Positions 13,446-26,762 of a stretch of 64,000 bases of DNA are shown in pieces. Under the pieces are notes generated by a model, which ran no database searches, was not told the DNA's origin, and saw only the letters and a list, made by a program, of their open reading frames with translations. Position 1 is the first letter of the stretch; every line of letters starts with the position of its first letter. The translations under genes were made by a program, and so were the position numbers. This stretch comes from Octopus sinensis (Eukaryota): positions 45,954,464 to 46,018,463 of the forward strand of contig NC_043011.1 in the NCBI RefSeq assembly GCF_006345805.1, read 5' to 3'.

Positions 13446-14389
13446 CATGATTCTACTCTGCCGTAGCAGTGCCAATAACCAGTTGTTAAAATTCAGTATA
13501 TTTTTTACCCGTTGTAATGTTCAATATGATAAGGCACTGGTTACAAAGAGGTGGGAATTTTAATTTATTAATTGATATATATGTGTGTGTTTTGCTCTCT
13601 TTACTCTGCTCTTGTAAGACATTACAGAATGATAACTTAATAGAAAATAAGCTGAAAGATTGGTGCATAAAACAATGAAATTAGTGAGAGAAATTAAGCA
13701 GAAAAATAATTAAGAAATATAAATTAATTAAGACAAACCTGACCACCAGCTTATCTCATCCATGCAACAATGGATAGATAACCAAACAGCTGTTTTTCAA
13801 TCAATATATAGTAACAGGTGTTGTAATATTAACTGCCACCCTTTCTATAGATGTTGTATTGAATTTCTAGTTATAACTTAACTCATAAGAGTCAATATCT
13901 TCCAAGATGTGTGTCAAATGTACAATTATATTTTAGGTTACTATTTAGTATGAAAACTTGCATGAAAACAAATTGTTTCCTGGGTAGTTTAATTAGTTTT
14001 AATTGAATAAAATGTTAATTATTTTTTTTTCCTTTTTTTTTAATATTATTCCCTGTTTTGATATTTCAACAGGTTGGGGAGAATGGTGAGAAATTTAGTT
14101 CATAACAACAACAACAAATATATTATACTGAGTTCAACACTCTACTGATACATATTTTTTCAACCCTGAAAGGATGAAAAGGAAACTCGACCTTGGCAAC
14201 ATTTGAACTTAGAACATATAGATTGACAAATTGCTGCTAAATATTTTGTTTGTTGTGCTAATATAATGATGATGATGATGATACTGATGTAGTGGCTCTG
14301 ATACTGATGTCATGGCTTCTGATCTTAATTGATTGGAAGTTACTAAGCATTTCATCCACTAAGCTAACAATTCTGTCCGCTCACTGCCT

Positions 14390-14405
14390 TAACAACAACA
14401 ACAAC

Positions 14406-14458
<53 letters not shown>

Positions 14459-14495
14459 TAATAATAATAATAATAATAATAAGAAGAAGAAGAAT
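14390..14495. repeat. (AAC)n(AAT)n microsatellite
   Basis: Direct reading. Confidence 0.95.
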
Positions 14496-14544
14496 CCTTG
14501 CTGCTAAGGGCGCAATGCCTGAAAGTTTAGAGTAGGTGTTGCCC

Positions 14545-14692
14545 ACAACCAAATATATGGCACCCTAGGCATAACACCAACTTGAACTTCTAACTTGATG
14601 TCTCTTGAGGTCTCTGGGTGAGACTTGGAGTCAACTTGCACAAATACTAAGCAAAAGTCAAACATATAATAATAATAATAATAATAATAATC
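14545..14692 (+). mobile_element. Probable 3' UTR of an RLE-type (R4/Dong-like) non-LTR element with a (TAA)n tail
   Basis: aaccaaatatatggcaccctagg...gtctctgggtgagacttggag...aagtcaaacata followed by (TAA)n; family assignment from recollection only. Confidence 0.45.
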
Positions 14693-14905
14693 TTTTCTAC
14701 TTTAGGCACAAGGATCACAATTTTTGGGGAGGGGGGGGCAGTCGATTAGATCGACTCCAGTATGCAAATGGTACTTAATTTATTGACCTCGAAAGGATGA
14801 AAGGCAAAGTCAGCCTCGGCGGAATTTGAACTCAAAATGTAAAGACAGATGAAACACTGCTAAGCATTTCACCCAGCATGCTAACGTTTCTGCTAGCTTG
14901 CCACC
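14690..14905 (-). mobile_element. SINE family C
   Basis: cttttctactttaggcacaagg...aaaggatgaaaggcaaagtc...ggaatttgaactc...gctagcttgccacc. Confidence 0.85.
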
Positions 14906-14907
14906 TA

Positions 14908-14953
<46 letters not shown>

Positions 14954-14997
14954 TTAATAATAATAATAATAAATAATAATAATAATAATAATAATAA

Positions 14998-15047
<50 letters not shown>

Positions 15048-15075
15048 TATTATAATAATAATAATAATAATAATA
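14906..15075. repeat. (AAT)n microsatellite
   Basis: Direct reading. Confidence 0.95.
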
Positions 15076-15841
15076 TTGATACAAGTAACTAACAGTTTCA
15101 AAAACAATATAAAACAAAAATGAAATTGGGAGTTTCCATTTTTTTGAATCATTAAAAGAAAATATTAGCTTTCATGAACAGTTTATGGTAATTCAATTTG
15201 AATAATTGTCTCCTCCGTCTGGCTGAGACACTCAGTAGAGAAGTACATTTCCATATGAAGCATTTTATCTCTTTATAACTAATGTATTGGAACCTATAAT
15301 AGGGTCTTTGAGGTATCATTGAAGTCTTCATTTTCAAATAGGAATTCATCAGTAAATACACTGGATTGACTTCTCGGTGTTTTTTCCATTAATCTATGAG
15401 AATGTTTAAGACTAACATTGCATTCTAATGAAACACCTGGCAATGACACACTGCCTCTATTGCCTTCCCTATTCACAACTACTGTGCCATTTAGGGTTGT
15501 GCATCTTGCTCAAGGTGTCAAGAGGAGGCAGAACAGTGTTTGTGATAGCTTTTGGACTGTTGATTGTTTGGTCAATAGGACAACAATCTAACAGCATCTT
15601 TATATTATCAGAGACTGCTCATCACACATTATGTCAGTAAACCATTTGAGAATTGTCCCTTCGTGTTATGCTTTCCCACAATCACCTACTGTTACAATAT
15701 GGTCAGTACAGAGTAAAACGAATGTTAATAAACTCATGAGTTAGAATGGAGATTCTATAGTTCTAAGTCTAATTCTCAGTGCAGTAATTTTGACACAAAG
15801 AGGACGATGATCTCGGATAACTGTAGAGTTAGGTTTGTCGG

Positions 15842-16021
15842 ATCTTTACCTTTTGACCTACAGAGAACTTTAAGGTGAAATTACTTTGTAAATATAAGTT
15901 TTTCTCAAAACTGCTAAGAGTAAAGCAGGCTTTATATGACACATTCTACCAGTGTCCAAAGTTTGAAAGTGTTTAATTACAAAAAATTATTATTTAAATC
16001 TGTTGGTCAAAAGGTAAAGAT
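15842..16021. mobile_element. Candidate MITE with 23-bp terminal inverted repeats
   Basis: ATCTTTACCTTTTGACCTACAGA (15842-15864) vs TCTGTTGGTCAAAAGGTAAAGAT (15999-16021), 1 mismatch; no TSD seen. Confidence 0.45.
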
Positions 16022-16132
16022 TTGGTTTGTCCAAGTGCAGATAATTAGTTATGAGTGGGCAATTAATTTGTGATATACAACAGATTAAACAATTGATAAA
16101 TTATTATCAGTATAATTGATATAATCAATGTA

Positions 16133-16338
16133 TGCGGTCCGATCAATAAGTATCTGGACTGTTGCCATAGTAACAAAGCTAAAGCATGGAGAGTGAAGCT
16201 GCTCAACAAAGATTGACCTTGAACTTTGCTGCGCATGTGCACTAAGATTTAGTGTTCTAGCTCACTTCCTCTGTTTAGAGCAGTGCTTTGAAGGAAGGTG
16301 TGTAGCGTGTGATCGTCACATTGATCATGACACAGAAA
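16133..16338 (+). mobile_element. Tc1/mariner 5' end (TIR, 5' UTR and first transposase codons)
   Basis: TA then tgcggtccgatcaataagtatctggact, a mariner-type TIR; ends at ATG ACA CAG AAA GTT. Confidence 0.65.
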
Positions 16339-16409
16339 GTTGTCATGGCGATATCTGCTCATAGGCCTACGCAAAGTTGCAAAAAGTATACGAAGAGGAG
16401 TGTCCTATA

Positions 16410-16640
16410 TATGTATATATATATGTATGTGTGTGTGTGTTTGTGTGTCTGTGTTTGTCCCCCCCAACATCGCTTGACAACTGATGCTGGTGCGTTTACG
16501 TCCCCGTAACTTAGCAGTTCGGCATAAGAGATCAATAGAATAAGTACTAGGCTTGCAAAGAATAAGTCCTGGGGTCGATTTGCTCGACTAAAGGCGGTGC
16601 TCCAGCATGGCCGCAGTCAAATGACTGAAACAGGTAAAAG
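16410..16640 (+). mobile_element. SINE family A, 3' half
   Basis: High similarity to 17190-17402. Confidence 0.85.
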
Positions 16641-16995
16641 ATTAAAAGAGTAAAGAGTATTCATTGATCAATTAAAATGACAAACTATTACCATAAGACA
16701 AAGTAATAAATTTGAAGGATGTAAATATTAACATACTGAATATTGATGAATATTGATAACTATTTAGTACGAATCTTATAAAAGATTCACAGAAATATAA
16801 TGAAACAGTTTTTGAAATATTTGCTAAGTGACAGGATATGGCACTTTATACCTTTTTTTTTAAACATGTTTTGGTCTAACTATTATGCAGATATTTCCAA
16901 TTTATCAGAGATCATGGATATTTGGGGTTGTGTGTTCAGTATATCAAAAGAATGGGGAAAACATTCAAGCTTGACTTGGATCTATATAGACTATA

Positions 16996-17402
16996 GGCGT
17001 AGGAATGACTGTGGGGTAAGTAGCTTGCTTACCAACCACATGGTTCTGGGTTCAGTCCTACTGCGTGGCACCTTGGGCAAGTGTCTTCTACTATAGCCTC
17101 AGGCTGACCAGAGCCTTGTGAGTGGATTTGGTAGACGTTAACTGAAAGAAGCCTGTCGCATATACGTATATATGTATATATATATGTGTGTGTATATGTT
17201 TGTGTGTCTGTGTTTGTCCCCGCCAACATCACTTGACAACCGATGCTGGAGTGTTTACATCCCCGTAACATAGCGGTTCGGCAAAAGTGCCCGATAGAAT
17301 AAGTACTAAGGCTTACAAAGAATAAGTCCTGGGGTCGATTTGCTCGACTAAAGGCGGTGCTCCAGCATGGCCACAGTCAAATGACTGAAACAAGTAAAAG
17401 AG
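16996..17402 (+). mobile_element. SINE family A, full length (tRNA-like head, CORE-like domain, TA/TG linker, GTAAAAGA tail)
   Basis: ggcgtaggaatgactgtggggtaag...gggttcagtcc...ccttgggcaagtgtcttc...actgaaacaagtaaaagag. Confidence 0.9.
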
Positions 17403-17562
17403 TATATAAACACAGTTGAGACATGTCACTGTTGAAAAGGTAATTTCAAAACATCTTAACATAAAATTCTGACTATATACAAAATTAATATCACAAATCT
17501 TGGATGGTGTGTTCATACAGAACTAGCAAAAGAAGAAATAGGTAAGACTATAAGAATGAAAG

Positions 17563-17820
17563 TGGAGGCACATGGCTTAGTGGTTAGGGTGTCAGCACCA
17601 TGATCGTAAGATTGTGATTTTGACTCCTGGACTGGGTGACGCATTGTGTTCTTGAGCAAGACACTTCATTTCATGTTGCTCCAGTCCACTCAGCTGGCAA
17701 AAATGAGTAACGCTGTGATAGACTGGCGTCCTGTCCAGCTGGGGAACACATACGCCATTGAAACCAGGAAACCGGGCCCATGAGTCTGGCTAGGCTTTAA
17801 AAGGGCGCATTTATTTTATT
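17563..17820 (+). mobile_element. SINE family B variant
   Basis: gtggaggcacatggcttagtggttaggg head; TSD TATAAGAATGAAA on both sides. Confidence 0.9.
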
Positions 17821-18964
17821 TATAAGAATGAAAAGCTATTAAGTCTGTAGGATAAATGCTATCAATGCTGAAATTAGGAGGAGAGCACATTGTTATTATT
17901 GTCACTCATAATATTTAAAACTGTATGGGTCAAGAGAAAATATGTGAGAAGATTGGAGCCATTTATTGATATGACTATAAGAGTGATAAATAAAATATTG
18001 AAAACTGTAGAGTGACATCTGTCACCAGTATTGTGAAAAGAGTTCAAAGCAATCTTCCACAACAAGATGAGAATTTCAAAAGAATTTCAAAAGTAGATTC
18101 TTAGTAACCCTAATTTGTAATCATTAATTATGTAATTGTATACTGTAAAATTGTCAGTTGATTTGTTAGCTTCAAGTCTGGAGTTCACCTTCTCATACAG
18201 GCATAATAACTAAGGGGTAAGCACCAAATTTTTGGTTTGTTATCATCTGAGAAAGGCTGACATATACTTACACAATTAAGTATAGAGTAGGACACAAAAA
18301 AAATAGTGATGGTCTGCACAAGTAAATAGCGAGTCTAGACAAAGTGGAGTAAATTGGTTTGGCATGATGATCTGTCTCCCTACACTTAACATATATGATC
18401 TGTCTCCCTACACTTAACATATATATTCCTACACTTAATATATATATTCCATACCATAAAAAACCATATATCTGTCTCCGATGAAGGGCTCTAACCAAAA
18501 TTTTTAAAGTTTTCTATCCCTTACAGCAAATCTATGAACTACTTGATATGTTTAAATGTCAATGTACTTACTAAGTTTATAAAGTAACTTCAATTGTTAA
18601 AATCCTCTGGACCATAGCTAATTTGATATTAGTAAACTAAAGTAGAAATTTATTATAATTTCTGTAAGGTACGCAATATATTGTATTCCAAGAGGATGAC
18701 TAATACACCTTACCATATGATGGCACTGTTATTGACAACTCTTTCAAAGACAATTCCTTCACTAAGAAACCAGGCACACACAAAGAACTTTGATGCAAAG
18801 GACAAAAAATCATAAATATTAAACATACTTTGATGTTTCCTTTAAGATCTCAGAGAACCAAATTGTTTAGATAAATAGAATTATTTCTCAAAGCAATATA
18901 ACAATTTTTACAGCAGTAATTTAATCAATACAGAAAACCAGAGAACCAGAGAACCAATGAATAT

Positions 18965-18974
18965 AGATACATCC

Positions 18975-19014
<40 letters not shown>

Positions 19015-19107
19015 TATATATATATATATATATAATGGATGTGTTATATATATATATATATGTATATATTTATATATATATATATGTATATATATATAAT
19101 GGGTGTG

Positions 19108-19140
<33 letters not shown>

Positions 19141-19153
19141 GGGTGTGTTATAC

Positions 19154-19216
<63 letters not shown>

Positions 19217-19275
19217 GGGTGTGTTATATACATAAATTTGCTATATTCTCATACTACACACACACACACATATAT
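18965..19275. repeat. (CT)n/(TA)n tract with four AATGGGTGTGTTA anchors
   Basis: aatgg(g/a)tgtgtta near 19034, 19098, 19138 and 19213. Confidence 0.85.
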
Positions 19276-19894
19276 ATATCTATCTACCAAGAAAATGAAA
19301 ATATAGCAAATTTAAATGACTAATGGACTGACACAAATCAATATGATGGGGCTATTTCTTCATAAGAGTTTTACATCGGTTGACAACTAATAAAAAAGGT
19401 TTACTTTTCCAAAACAAAACGAACAGAGATAATAATAAGAAGAAAGCAAATTTATTTAGTTTTATGAAATAATGATAAACTGCTGTTTTGTAAACAAAAT
19501 AAATAATACTTTGAATAATTATTTTAATTTGTGTAGAAACCAATCTGATCTTGGACTATTTATTAACTTGTCAAATCATTCACAAAATCTTTGTCTATTC
19601 ATCAAAAGATCACTACTAGCTAATACAGCATAAATACTAATAAAGAGAAACGAAAGCAATAAAGGCAATAACATAAGAGATAAAGCTGTATCACTCTAGT
19701 AGTATTTTCAAGGAGCATCCAACAACTACAACAACAACAAAAAAAGGAACAACAATAAATAAAAAAAATTTCTTTTGATTGATAGTTTGAGTCTCAGGGG
19801 CCTTGAAAACATATCTCTGATAGACTTAGATAATTTCACTTAAGTAGGTAAACTTTCAGGTTGAAAACACAGATGTTCCTATAAAAAAAAATAT

Positions 19895-20225
19895 ATGGTA
19901 TGGCTGTGTGGTAAGGAATTTGCTTCCAACTTGCATGGTTCCAGGTTCAGTCTCATCCTGTGGCACTGTCTACTGTAGTCTCATGCAGACCAATGTCTTA
20001 TGAGGGGATTTGGTAGATGGAAACTACTGCTTGACAACTGGTACTGGTGTATTTACGTTCCTGTAACTTAGCAGTTCATCAAAAGAGTCCAATAGAATAA
20101 GTACCAGGCTTTAAAAAATATAAATTAAGTACTGGGGTCAATTTCTTTGAAGTAAGTTCTTCAATGTGATGCCCCAGCATGGCCACAGTCTAATGAATGA
20201 ATGAATCAAGTGAAAACAAAAGAAA
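19895..20225 (+). mobile_element. SINE family A, degenerate
   Basis: tggctgtgtggtaagg...ggttcagtc...gaataagtaccagg...ccagcatggccacagtc. Confidence 0.7.
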
Positions 20226-20539
20226 AATATATATTTGAATAATTAAAAGAGGTACACTCTGTCTGTCTGTCTGTCTACCTCCATCATCATCATCATCGTT
20301 TCTCATTTTTTATTGTCATGCATGGTCAAGCAAAGCTTATTCAAGTACACCTGCCATGGCTGGATGCTCTTCCTGTCATCAGCACTCACTTGTTTCCAAA
20401 CATGTAAATATTTTCCCAGGGCAGGACGTGCTCTCCTGCAGAATATTAGAAATGAATGACACTGCTTGTATGACAGTGGCACTCCTTTGCATCTAGCATT
20501 AAATGTTAGAACAAGCTGACACAACCTTGCTAACTCACA

Positions 20540-20707
20540 CTCATGTATACATGCACATATATATATATGATGGGGTTTCTTTTTAGCTTCAGTCAACCAA
20601 ATCCTCTTACAAGGCTTTGGTTGACCAAAGTTTATAGCAAAAGACACTTGCCCTAGGTGCCACACAGTGGGACTGAACCCCAAACCATGTGGTTGGGAAG
20701 CAAGCAT
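20540..20707 (-). mobile_element. SINE family A, 5' part
   Basis: aagacacttgccctaggtgccacacagtgggactgaacccc. Confidence 0.75.
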
Positions 20708-22089
20708 CTTATATATATTTATATATATATATATATATATGTATGTATATATATATATATATACACACACATGTGTATGTGTGTTTACATGTGTGTGTAT
20801 GTTTATATATATATATATGTGTGTGTGTTTGTATGTATGAAAGAGAGTAAGGCACATACATGACACCCAAAGATAGTCTTATTAACACTCTTAATGAGTA
20901 AATCTTTGCTAATTAACTGAATGGTCTTTGTATGGCTGATGTCCCAGGAGGATGCTTACCTATATAGCAGCATCACCTGTCCAAATATAATGTGAGCCTT
21001 ACTTGAAATATGCAATAAGCAGTTCAATTACTCAGTAAGTGTATAATGGAAGAATTATAAGGATGATAATTACAATACACTTCTGCTGCTGCTGCTAACT
21101 TCTTAACACTGAAATTATTACCTTAATGCTCAAGATAATCACATTTGCATGATTCTATCAACTAAACATTATCAGCTCTAATAATTTTCACTATCATCTA
21201 CACAAACAAAATTATCCCTTAATCACCTTGTTATTATTTCTGATATCCACTATACTATTGTTTTAGTAATTGATTTAATGATATTAATTGGCAATAATGA
21301 CATTATTGCATTAGAAATCAATATTATCATTTATAAAATCTCTATTATTTTTTTTTTTGATGGATATCTTTATTATCTTGAAGATAGCCATCATCATTTT
21401 TATTTATCATAATTATTAAAGGCCCCAGAAAAGAGCATTAGCAGAGTCCTGAGGGGTCTAGATAGTAAAATTGGTTACAATGTTCCCTGAGGTGTCTTTG
21501 CATTCTAATTTAAAATCCTGTCACATCTGACTTCACTTTTTATCCCTTTGATGTCATTTGAATGAAATTTGAGGTTCATTAAATCAATTATATGCTTCTC
21601 CAAAATGTGTTGTCTTTTGCCTATATTGGAAATCGTTAATTACTTTTAATATCTGAAGTTACATTTAAGAAATTTACTTTATCAGTATCTGTTTAGCAAT
21701 AAACATATATTTTAAAAAGGAACAAGAAAATACTATCATTGTTATTTAGACATAAACACTAACAAAACTGTCACGACATATTAAGCAATAAAGTTATTAA
21801 AAAAAACAACAATCACAATCAACATTGGTGTTGCATTGATTAACATCATCATCATCATCATAATCATCATAACTTGTCATACAGTCTCTTTAATCAATAT
21901 TTCCACTTTAATAAACAACTTTAGAATATTTTAAATCACTATCTTTGTTTAAATGAGAGAAAAAAGATTGTGTAACCAATTCTTTCACGCTAACATCAGC
22001 AACATCATCACTGTTGATCAATTTTTATGTTTTATGTGTTTTAAACACATTTCATATCTCCTATATAACTATACTACAATACTGATAAA

Positions 22090-22341
22090 TGAAATAATAA
22101 ATGCGCCCTTTTAAAGCCTAGCCAGGCTCATGGGCCCGGTTTCTATGGTGTATGTGTTCCCCAGCTGGACGGGATGCCAGTCCATCGCAGCGTTACTCAT
22201 TTTTGCCAGCTGAGTGGACTGGAACAACGTGAAATGAAGTGTTTTGCTCAAGAACACAACGCGTTGCCCGGTCTAGGAATCGAAACTACAATCTTACGAT
22301 CATGATGCTGACACCCTAACCACTACATCACGCGCCGCCAC
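22090..22341 (-). mobile_element. SINE family B variant
   Basis: TSD ACAATACTGATAAA at 22076-22089 and 22342-22355; inverse of 17563-17820. Confidence 0.9.
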
Positions 22342-22555
22342 ACAATACTGATAAACTAGAGAAAAACAATGTCATTCTAGTATAAAATCTCCAAACTAAC
22401 AAATAATTAAAAAGCATCGAACATTTGTCCCACAGTCCAGATTCAGTCCACAACAATATTTATTAGAGTCCCTGTTTCAGTTTTGTAATTAAAAAAAAAA
22501 TAATTTTTAAAAATTTCAAAATATTCTGTAAAATATATTTCCTTAACATGTGATA

Positions 22556-22995
22556 TCAGTGCTGGTGGCACATAAGAGAACCATCTGAACGTGGCCGTTG
22601 CCAGTGCCACCCTGACTGGCTTCCGTGCCGGTGGCACGTAAAAAGCACCATCCGATCGTGGCCGTTGCCAGCCTTGCCTGGCCTCCGTGCCGGTGGCACG
22701 TAAAAAGCACCATCCGATCGTGGCCGTTTGCCAGCCTCGCCTGGCCTCCATGCCGGTGGCATGTAAAAAGCACAATCTGACATTGGCCATTTGCCAGACT
22801 TGTCTGGCACCTGTGCAGGTGGCACATAAAAAGCACCCACTACACTCATGGAGTGGTTGGCGTTAGGAAGGGCATCCAGCCGTAGAAACATTGCCAGATC
22901 AGACTGGGCCTGGTGCAGCCTTCTGGCTTCCCAGACCCCAGTTGCACCATCCACCCCATGCCAGCATGGAAAGTGGAGACTAAACGAGGATGATG
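22556..22995 (+). mobile_element. SINE-like family D with an internal ~62-bp tandem array
   Basis: About 4.5 units of gtgccggtggcacgtaaaaagcacc...gccagcc.., then the ttaggaagggcatccagc...agcatggaaag tail and (GAT)n. Confidence 0.85.
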
Positions 22996-23408
22996 ATTTC
23001 AAAGTCAGAGCCCTACTAGAATTGTGTTTAGCACTGGTTCTGATTTGTCAAATGAGAATACTTAAGGATATTTTCTGTTATCTCAATTAATGTAAAAGAA
23101 GTTTATGAATCCACATACTTAAGGATGTGGTCTATCTCCCCTTCACTCAGTCTACACATATTGAACCAAATAATTTTTTTTTTCTTTTTCTTTTTTGTTT
23201 TTCCAAATTTATGTTTGTGTTCAAATAGATTTTGGTAGTATGTAATGATATTGAAAGGCTTTTCAGATGAAAGCATGCAAGCTTTCTATCAAGCATTTGC
23301 CTTTCCCAAGAACTCTAAGCACTTATTTAGACAATTTCTAACTTCATTCTCATTCTAAGGTCTTAATAGGAATTTTTTTTTATTCTATATTGTTGAGTTT
23401 TTCTCATA

Positions 23409-23734
23409 GGGAGCACTCCGTCGGTTACGATGACGAGGGTCCCAGCTGATAAGATCAACGGAACAGCTTGCTCGTGGAATTAACGTGCAAGTGACTGAGC
23501 AATCCACAGACACAAGTACCCTTAACATAGTTCTCAGGGAGATTCAGCGTGACACAGAGTGTGACAAGGCCGGCCCTTTGAAATACAGGTACAACTCATT
23601 TTTGCCAGCTGAGTGGACTGGAGCAACGTGAAATAAAGTGTCTTGCTCAAGGACACAACGCATCGCCAGGAATCGAACTCACGACCTTACAATCGTCAGC
23701 CGAATGCCCTAACCACTAAGCCATGCGCCTTCAC
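23409..23734 (-). mobile_element. SINE family B
   Basis: 15-bp TSD TGAGTTTTTCTCATA (23394-23408 and 23737-23751). Confidence 0.9.
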
Positions 23735-24469
23735 TATGAGTTTTTCTCATACATTGCTGTACACAAACTTTGTTAACATTTCATATTCTTTTCTTTAGTG
23801 TTCATAAAGTTGTCATAAATTAAAAATGCATTATCTTGTAGCTTGAAGATTTTCATTATGTGTTTGTTTATTTGTAGATTGACATTGTAGCATATGTGAC
23901 ATGACTTATCTGGTCAGTTTTAATGTAAAACAGGTAGGATTTTGGAGCCGGATATGGCCAGTTTAAATGCTAAATTACTAAAAACACAAGAAATTAAAAA
24001 ATTTTAAAGTAAGCTTTGCTATCAATACAGTCAGCCTTTCAACCTCAATGAATGATTTCCCTATGCACTTGTAGGTAGATCAAGTTAACAAGGAACAGAT
24101 GGTTTATCACAGGAAATGTTATGAGGGAAATGATGCCAAACTTTAATGGGTGATTTAAATGATTATCTGATAATCTTGATATTATTTTCAAAATTTTACA
24201 CACTTCATGTTCTGCAGCCTCACAGTAAAACGATGATGATCTGTGATGGAAGAAAGAAAATACAGAAATAACTGAAAGCAATACTAGGCATGTATTGACA
24301 AAACTATCATGATACTTTACCAATGTAACTGTTTTAGTTTCAATAATATGACCGCTGGTCATTTGCCAACCGAATTATTCTTAAAAACTAATTATAGGTT
24401 TAAGAAATCCAATTTGGTTTAATTAGTGCAGTTAATTACATTATGGAAGATAAGTTCTTTTTACCAAAA

Positions 24470-24690
24470 TAGTTTGGTGAGCTGGCTGAAACATTACAGT
24501 GTTGGAAAAAATGCCTTGCTGTATTTCTTATAGTTCTATAGTTTCTGAGTTCAAATCCTCTGAAGCTCAACTTTACTTCTCCTCCCTCTAGGGTTGATGA
24601 AATACAGTACCAGTCATTGTACTGGAGGTTAAGGATATTGACTAACTTTCTTCTAAAGTTGCTGGTCTTGTGTCTTAATCAGAAATATTA
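24470..24690 (+). mobile_element. SINE family C, degenerate
   Basis: ggtgagctggctgaaac...tctgagttcaaatcc...cagtaccagt. Confidence 0.65.
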
Positions 24691-24962
24691 TTTGTTATTT
24701 TTTTATATTGGATTGAAGTAAATTAGCAAATAATTATTTCTTAATAGTTATTTTACAATAACAGTTTCAATTGGCATATATTCTCGGTAAAAGAACATTT
24801 TGAAACCCACATTAATTTGTGACCAATAATCACGGAATTTAAAAAATACAAACAAATGGGACCAAATTGTAAATTCTAGTTAGGTTCTGATTGGAATGTT
24901 TATCATTTAGCCATGATATTATCTAATGACTAAGCACCCATATATATATATATAAATATATA

Positions 24963-25344
24963 TAAGTAAGTAGCTTGCTTACCAACCACATTGTTTCTGG
25001 GTTCATTCTCACTGCATGGCACCTTGGGCAAGTGTCTTCTACTATAGCCTCAAGCCAACCAAAGCCTTGTGAGTGGATTTGGTAGACAGAAACTGAAGGA
25101 AGCCAGTCATATATATATATATATATGTATGTGTATATGTTTGTGTTTGTCCCCACCCCCATCGCTAGACAACCGATGGTAGTGTTTATGTCGCTGTAAC
25201 TTAGCAGTTCAGCAAAATAGTCCAATAGAATAAGTACTAGGCTTACAAAGAATAAGTCCTGGGGTTGATTTGCTCAACTAAAGGCGGTGCTTCTGCATGG
25301 CCACAATCAAATGACTGAAACAAGTAAAAGAGTAAAGCATAAGA

Positions 25345-25345
<1 letters not shown>
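24963..25345 (+). mobile_element. SINE family A, near full length
   Basis: Collinear with 16996-17402. Confidence 0.85.
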
Positions 25346-25401
<56 letters not shown>

Positions 25402-26555
25402 ATATGCTTGCTGACAGTTCTGTACTCTTAACCAACCATAAGAAAACAGCTCTACCAAGAAGTCTTAAAAATTAAACCAATTCCAATCATTTTGAAAATA
25501 TTGAATCAACTAATTACATCAAAGGTTCAGTTTTCATCAGATCAATTTTGGTCTTACTGAAAAACTATAGTTGACATTATTAAGTAGAGAAAGCAGTCTC
25601 GATCTGTTGAGAAAGTCGTTGGGTAGTGATATGAAAGTCAAAGAGTAATAAATAAATAAATAAATAAGTAGAAAAATATTTTATCAGAAGTCCATCACGA
25701 AATCATATCTAATGATATTGGTTTAATGTAGTTCTTTTTACAGAATATAGTTTTCGAAATAAGAAACCAAATGTCAACTCTCATGATGAGGAATACAAGC
25801 AATATGGGGAAGTAATGGTTGTAGTTTAATAAACTGTCACTTGTAAGATCTAAAACGTTTATGGTAAAGTCTGCTTAGTTGCCAATTTTTTTTTTTGTTT
25901 TGCTAATAATCTAAAATATATTTACTAAGAGGTATATGTGTATGTATAAATATATATGTGTATGGTCCAAAAAAAAAAACAACAACTCGGAGATGATGTA
26001 GAAGAACAACAAGCATGGTGTATTAAGTTTACATTCAGGAAACTTGGAAGTCTTTAATGTTTTGAGCCTATGCTCTTCTGCAGAAAGGATAGATAAGGAG
26101 AAAAAAAAGCAACAAAAAAAAAAACATGTCTGAATTTAACAGTCAGGAAGAGAAGGAAGTTGGCTTGAAGCATGGGTGACAGGGGCACCAGCAGTAACAT
26201 GGTGTGTGCATGTGTGTGTGTGTGTACATACATACACAAACACACATGTTGAATGAACAAAAGAAAGAAAGTAGCACTCTACACATTTAATTGTAGTAGC
26301 TTGTATTTAATATATTAATGTGTTTTAATATTTTACTCACACGCACAATACTTTATATATGACATATATATATGATAGGCACAGGCATGTGCGTTCTTTG
26401 CGACTACATAATTCTTGTTGAGTGGCGCCTTGGGTGTCTTCTACAACAGCCTTGGTTTGATCAATGCCTTGTCACCGAATCTTGTAGATGAAAATGTCAT
26501 CTCACACACATACATCTCCTCCTCCTCCTCCTCCTAATTAATATTATTATTATTA

Positions 26556-26762
26556 AGGTGGCAAGCTGGCAGAATTGTTAGCATACTGGTTGAATTACTT
26601 AGTGGTATTTTGTCTGTCTTCATATTCTGAGTTCAAATTCCACCAAGGTCGACTTTGCTTTTAGGGTCGATGAATTAAGTACCAGTAAAACAGTGGGGCT
26701 GATGTAATTGACTAATCCCCTCCTCTCAAATTTCAGGCCTTTTGCCTATAGTAGAAAGGATT
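26556..26762 (+). mobile_element. SINE family C
   Basis: aaggtggcaagctggcagaattgttagc...gccttttgcctatagtagaaagg, then an (ATT)n tail. Confidence 0.85.

Noticed and set aside
14292-15152. Poly-N, poly-I, poly-L and poly-Y ORFs
   Set aside because: (AAT)n read-through.
15150-15700. Non-repetitive block with minus ORF NREGNRGSVSLPG...EDFNDTSKTLL
   Set aside because: All frames are closed within about 70 codons, with no convincing splice pair or motif.
22556-22830. Regularly spaced repeats resembling a CRISPR array (also 56368-56893)
   Set aside because: The units are contiguous with no unique spacers, there are no cas genes, and the context is eukaryotic.
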